The notes under the pieces: model-generated | The model's database searches: none | What the model saw: only the letters and a program-made list of their open reading frames with translations | What the model was told of the DNA's origin: nothing | Part shown: positions 62,921 to 64,000 of the stretch, one piece after another | Numbering within the stretch: the stretch's first letter is position 1 | Layout: each line of letters starts with the position of its first letter | Assembly: GCA_964016885.1 (NCBI GenBank) | Contig: OZ024744.1 | Coordinates: 102,858,001-102,922,000 of the forward strand | From: Eledone cirrhosa | Taxonomy: Eukaryota | Direction: 5' to 3' | DNA: 64,000 bases | Program-made: the position numbers and the translations under genes

Positions 62921-64000
62921 CCATGAAACTAAAAAGTAAACAGACCACTGTTTAAAGTGGTCCTGCGCCCATGAAACTAAAAAGTAACCAGTCTACTGCT
63001 TAAAGTGGTACTGTTGCCATGAAACTAAAAAGCAGTCAGTCTACTGTTTAAAGTGGTCCTGTTGCCATGAAACTCAAAAGTAACCAGTCTACTGCTTAAA
63101 GCGGTCCTCTTGCAATGAAACTAAAAAGTAGTCAGTCTACTGTTTAAAGTGGTCCTGCTGCAATGAAACTAAAAAGTAGCCAGTCTACTGTTTAAAGTGG
63201 TCCTGCTGCCATGAAACTAAAAAGTAACCAGTCCACTGTTTAAAGTGATCCTGCTGCCATGAAACTAAAAAGTAACCAGTCCACTGTTTAAAGTGATCCT
63301 GCTGCCATGAAACTAAAAAGTAACCAGTCCACTGTTTAAAGTGGTCCTGCTGCCATGAAACTAAAAAGTAACCAGTCCACTGTTTAAAGTGGTCCTGTTG
63401 CCATGAAACTAAAAAGTAGTCAGACCACTGTTTAAAGTGGTCCTGCTGCCATGAAACTAAAAAGTAGTCAGTCTACTGTTTAAAGTGGTCCTGTTGCCAT
63501 GAAACTAAAAAATAGTCAGTCTTCTGTTTAAAGTGGTCCTGCAGCCATGAAACTAAAAAGTAGTCAGTATACTGTTTAAAGTGGTCCTGCTGCCATGAAA
63601 CTAAAAAGTAACCAGTCCACTGTTTAAAGTGGTCCTGCTGCCATGAAACTAAAAAGTAACCAGTCTACTGCTTAAAGTGGTTCTGTTGCCATGAAACTAA
63701 AACGCAGTCCGTCTACTGTTTAAAGTGGTCCTGTTGCCATGAAACTCAAAAGTAACCAGTCCACTGTTTAAAATGGTCCTGTTGCCATGAAACTAAAAAG
63801 TAGCCAGTCTACTGTTTAAAGTGGTCCTGTTGCCATGAAACTAAAACGTAACCATTCCACTGTTTAAAGTGGTCCTGCTGCCATGAAACTAAAAAGTAAC
63901 CAGTCCACCGTTTAAAGTGGTCCTGCTGCCATGAAACTAAAAAGTAACCAGTCCACTATTTAAAGTGGTCCTGTTGCCATGAAACTAAAAAGTAGTCAGT

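Larger units (their letters stand above)
1..64000. repeat. 48-bp tandem satellite array, about 1,330 monomers in a single orientation, running off both window ends
   Basis: The monomer GGTCCTGYTGCCATGAAACTAAAAAGTA(AC/GT)CAGTCYACTGTTTAAAGT recurs every 48 bp (starts at 1, 49, 97, 145, 193, 241). Occasional 47- and 49-bp monomers shift the register. No non-repeat sequence was seen. Confidence 0.99.

Noticed and set aside
1-64000. CRISPR array
   Set aside because: There are no unique spacers. The variable part differs by only a few recurring bases, and no leader or cas genes are present.
1-64000. A giant repetitive protein gene or exon (period divisible by 3)
   Set aside because: The ORF track lists nothing longer than 88 aa. 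Stops are frequent, and 47/49-bp monomers repeatedly shift the frame.
1-64000. tRNA, 5S, snRNA or telomeric repeat array
   Set aside because: The 48-bp unit has no cloverleaf, no recognisable Pol III A/B boxes, no rRNA similarity that I can recognise, and no TTAGGG-type motif.
1-64000. A single fixed-period HOR or a canonical CENP-B box
   Set aside because: Marker spacings vary widely between regions. The CENP-B box motif (TTCG....A..CGGG) was not seen, and the consensus lacks CpG.
1-64000. Embedded transposon, inversion or unique island
   Set aside because: Every line read conforms to the monomer in the same orientation. The reverse-complement motif TTTTTAGTTTCATGG was not seen on the + strand.

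Overview
The whole 64-kb window is one uninterrupted, head-to-tail tandem array of a 48-bp monomer (about 1,330 copies from 64000/48; about 40% GC). The consensus is GGTCCTG[C/T]TGCCATGAAACTAAAAAGTA[AC/GT]CAGTC[C/T]ACTGTTTAAAGT. I saw no unique sequence, inversion, transposon insertion, RNA gene or credible protein gene. The three listed 88-aa ORFs are chance read-throughs of the 16-codon monomer. This looks like eukaryotic satellite DNA (heterochromatic, centromeric or subtelomeric), but I cannot name the family or the organism. The informative structure is in the variants. Three binary sites define the main monomer types, and one of them toggles between two alternative hairpins. Ordered cassettes of rare variants recur across the array. 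Nested recent tandem duplications of many sizes (4, 10, 12, 18, 33, 35, 36, 51, 61, 62, 78, 84, 88 and 127 monomers) form an irregular higher-order structure. A diverged patch at about 26.5-28.6 kb lies near the transition between a left and a right variant domain. All periods were measured by hand from marker variants, and block boundaries are approximate.
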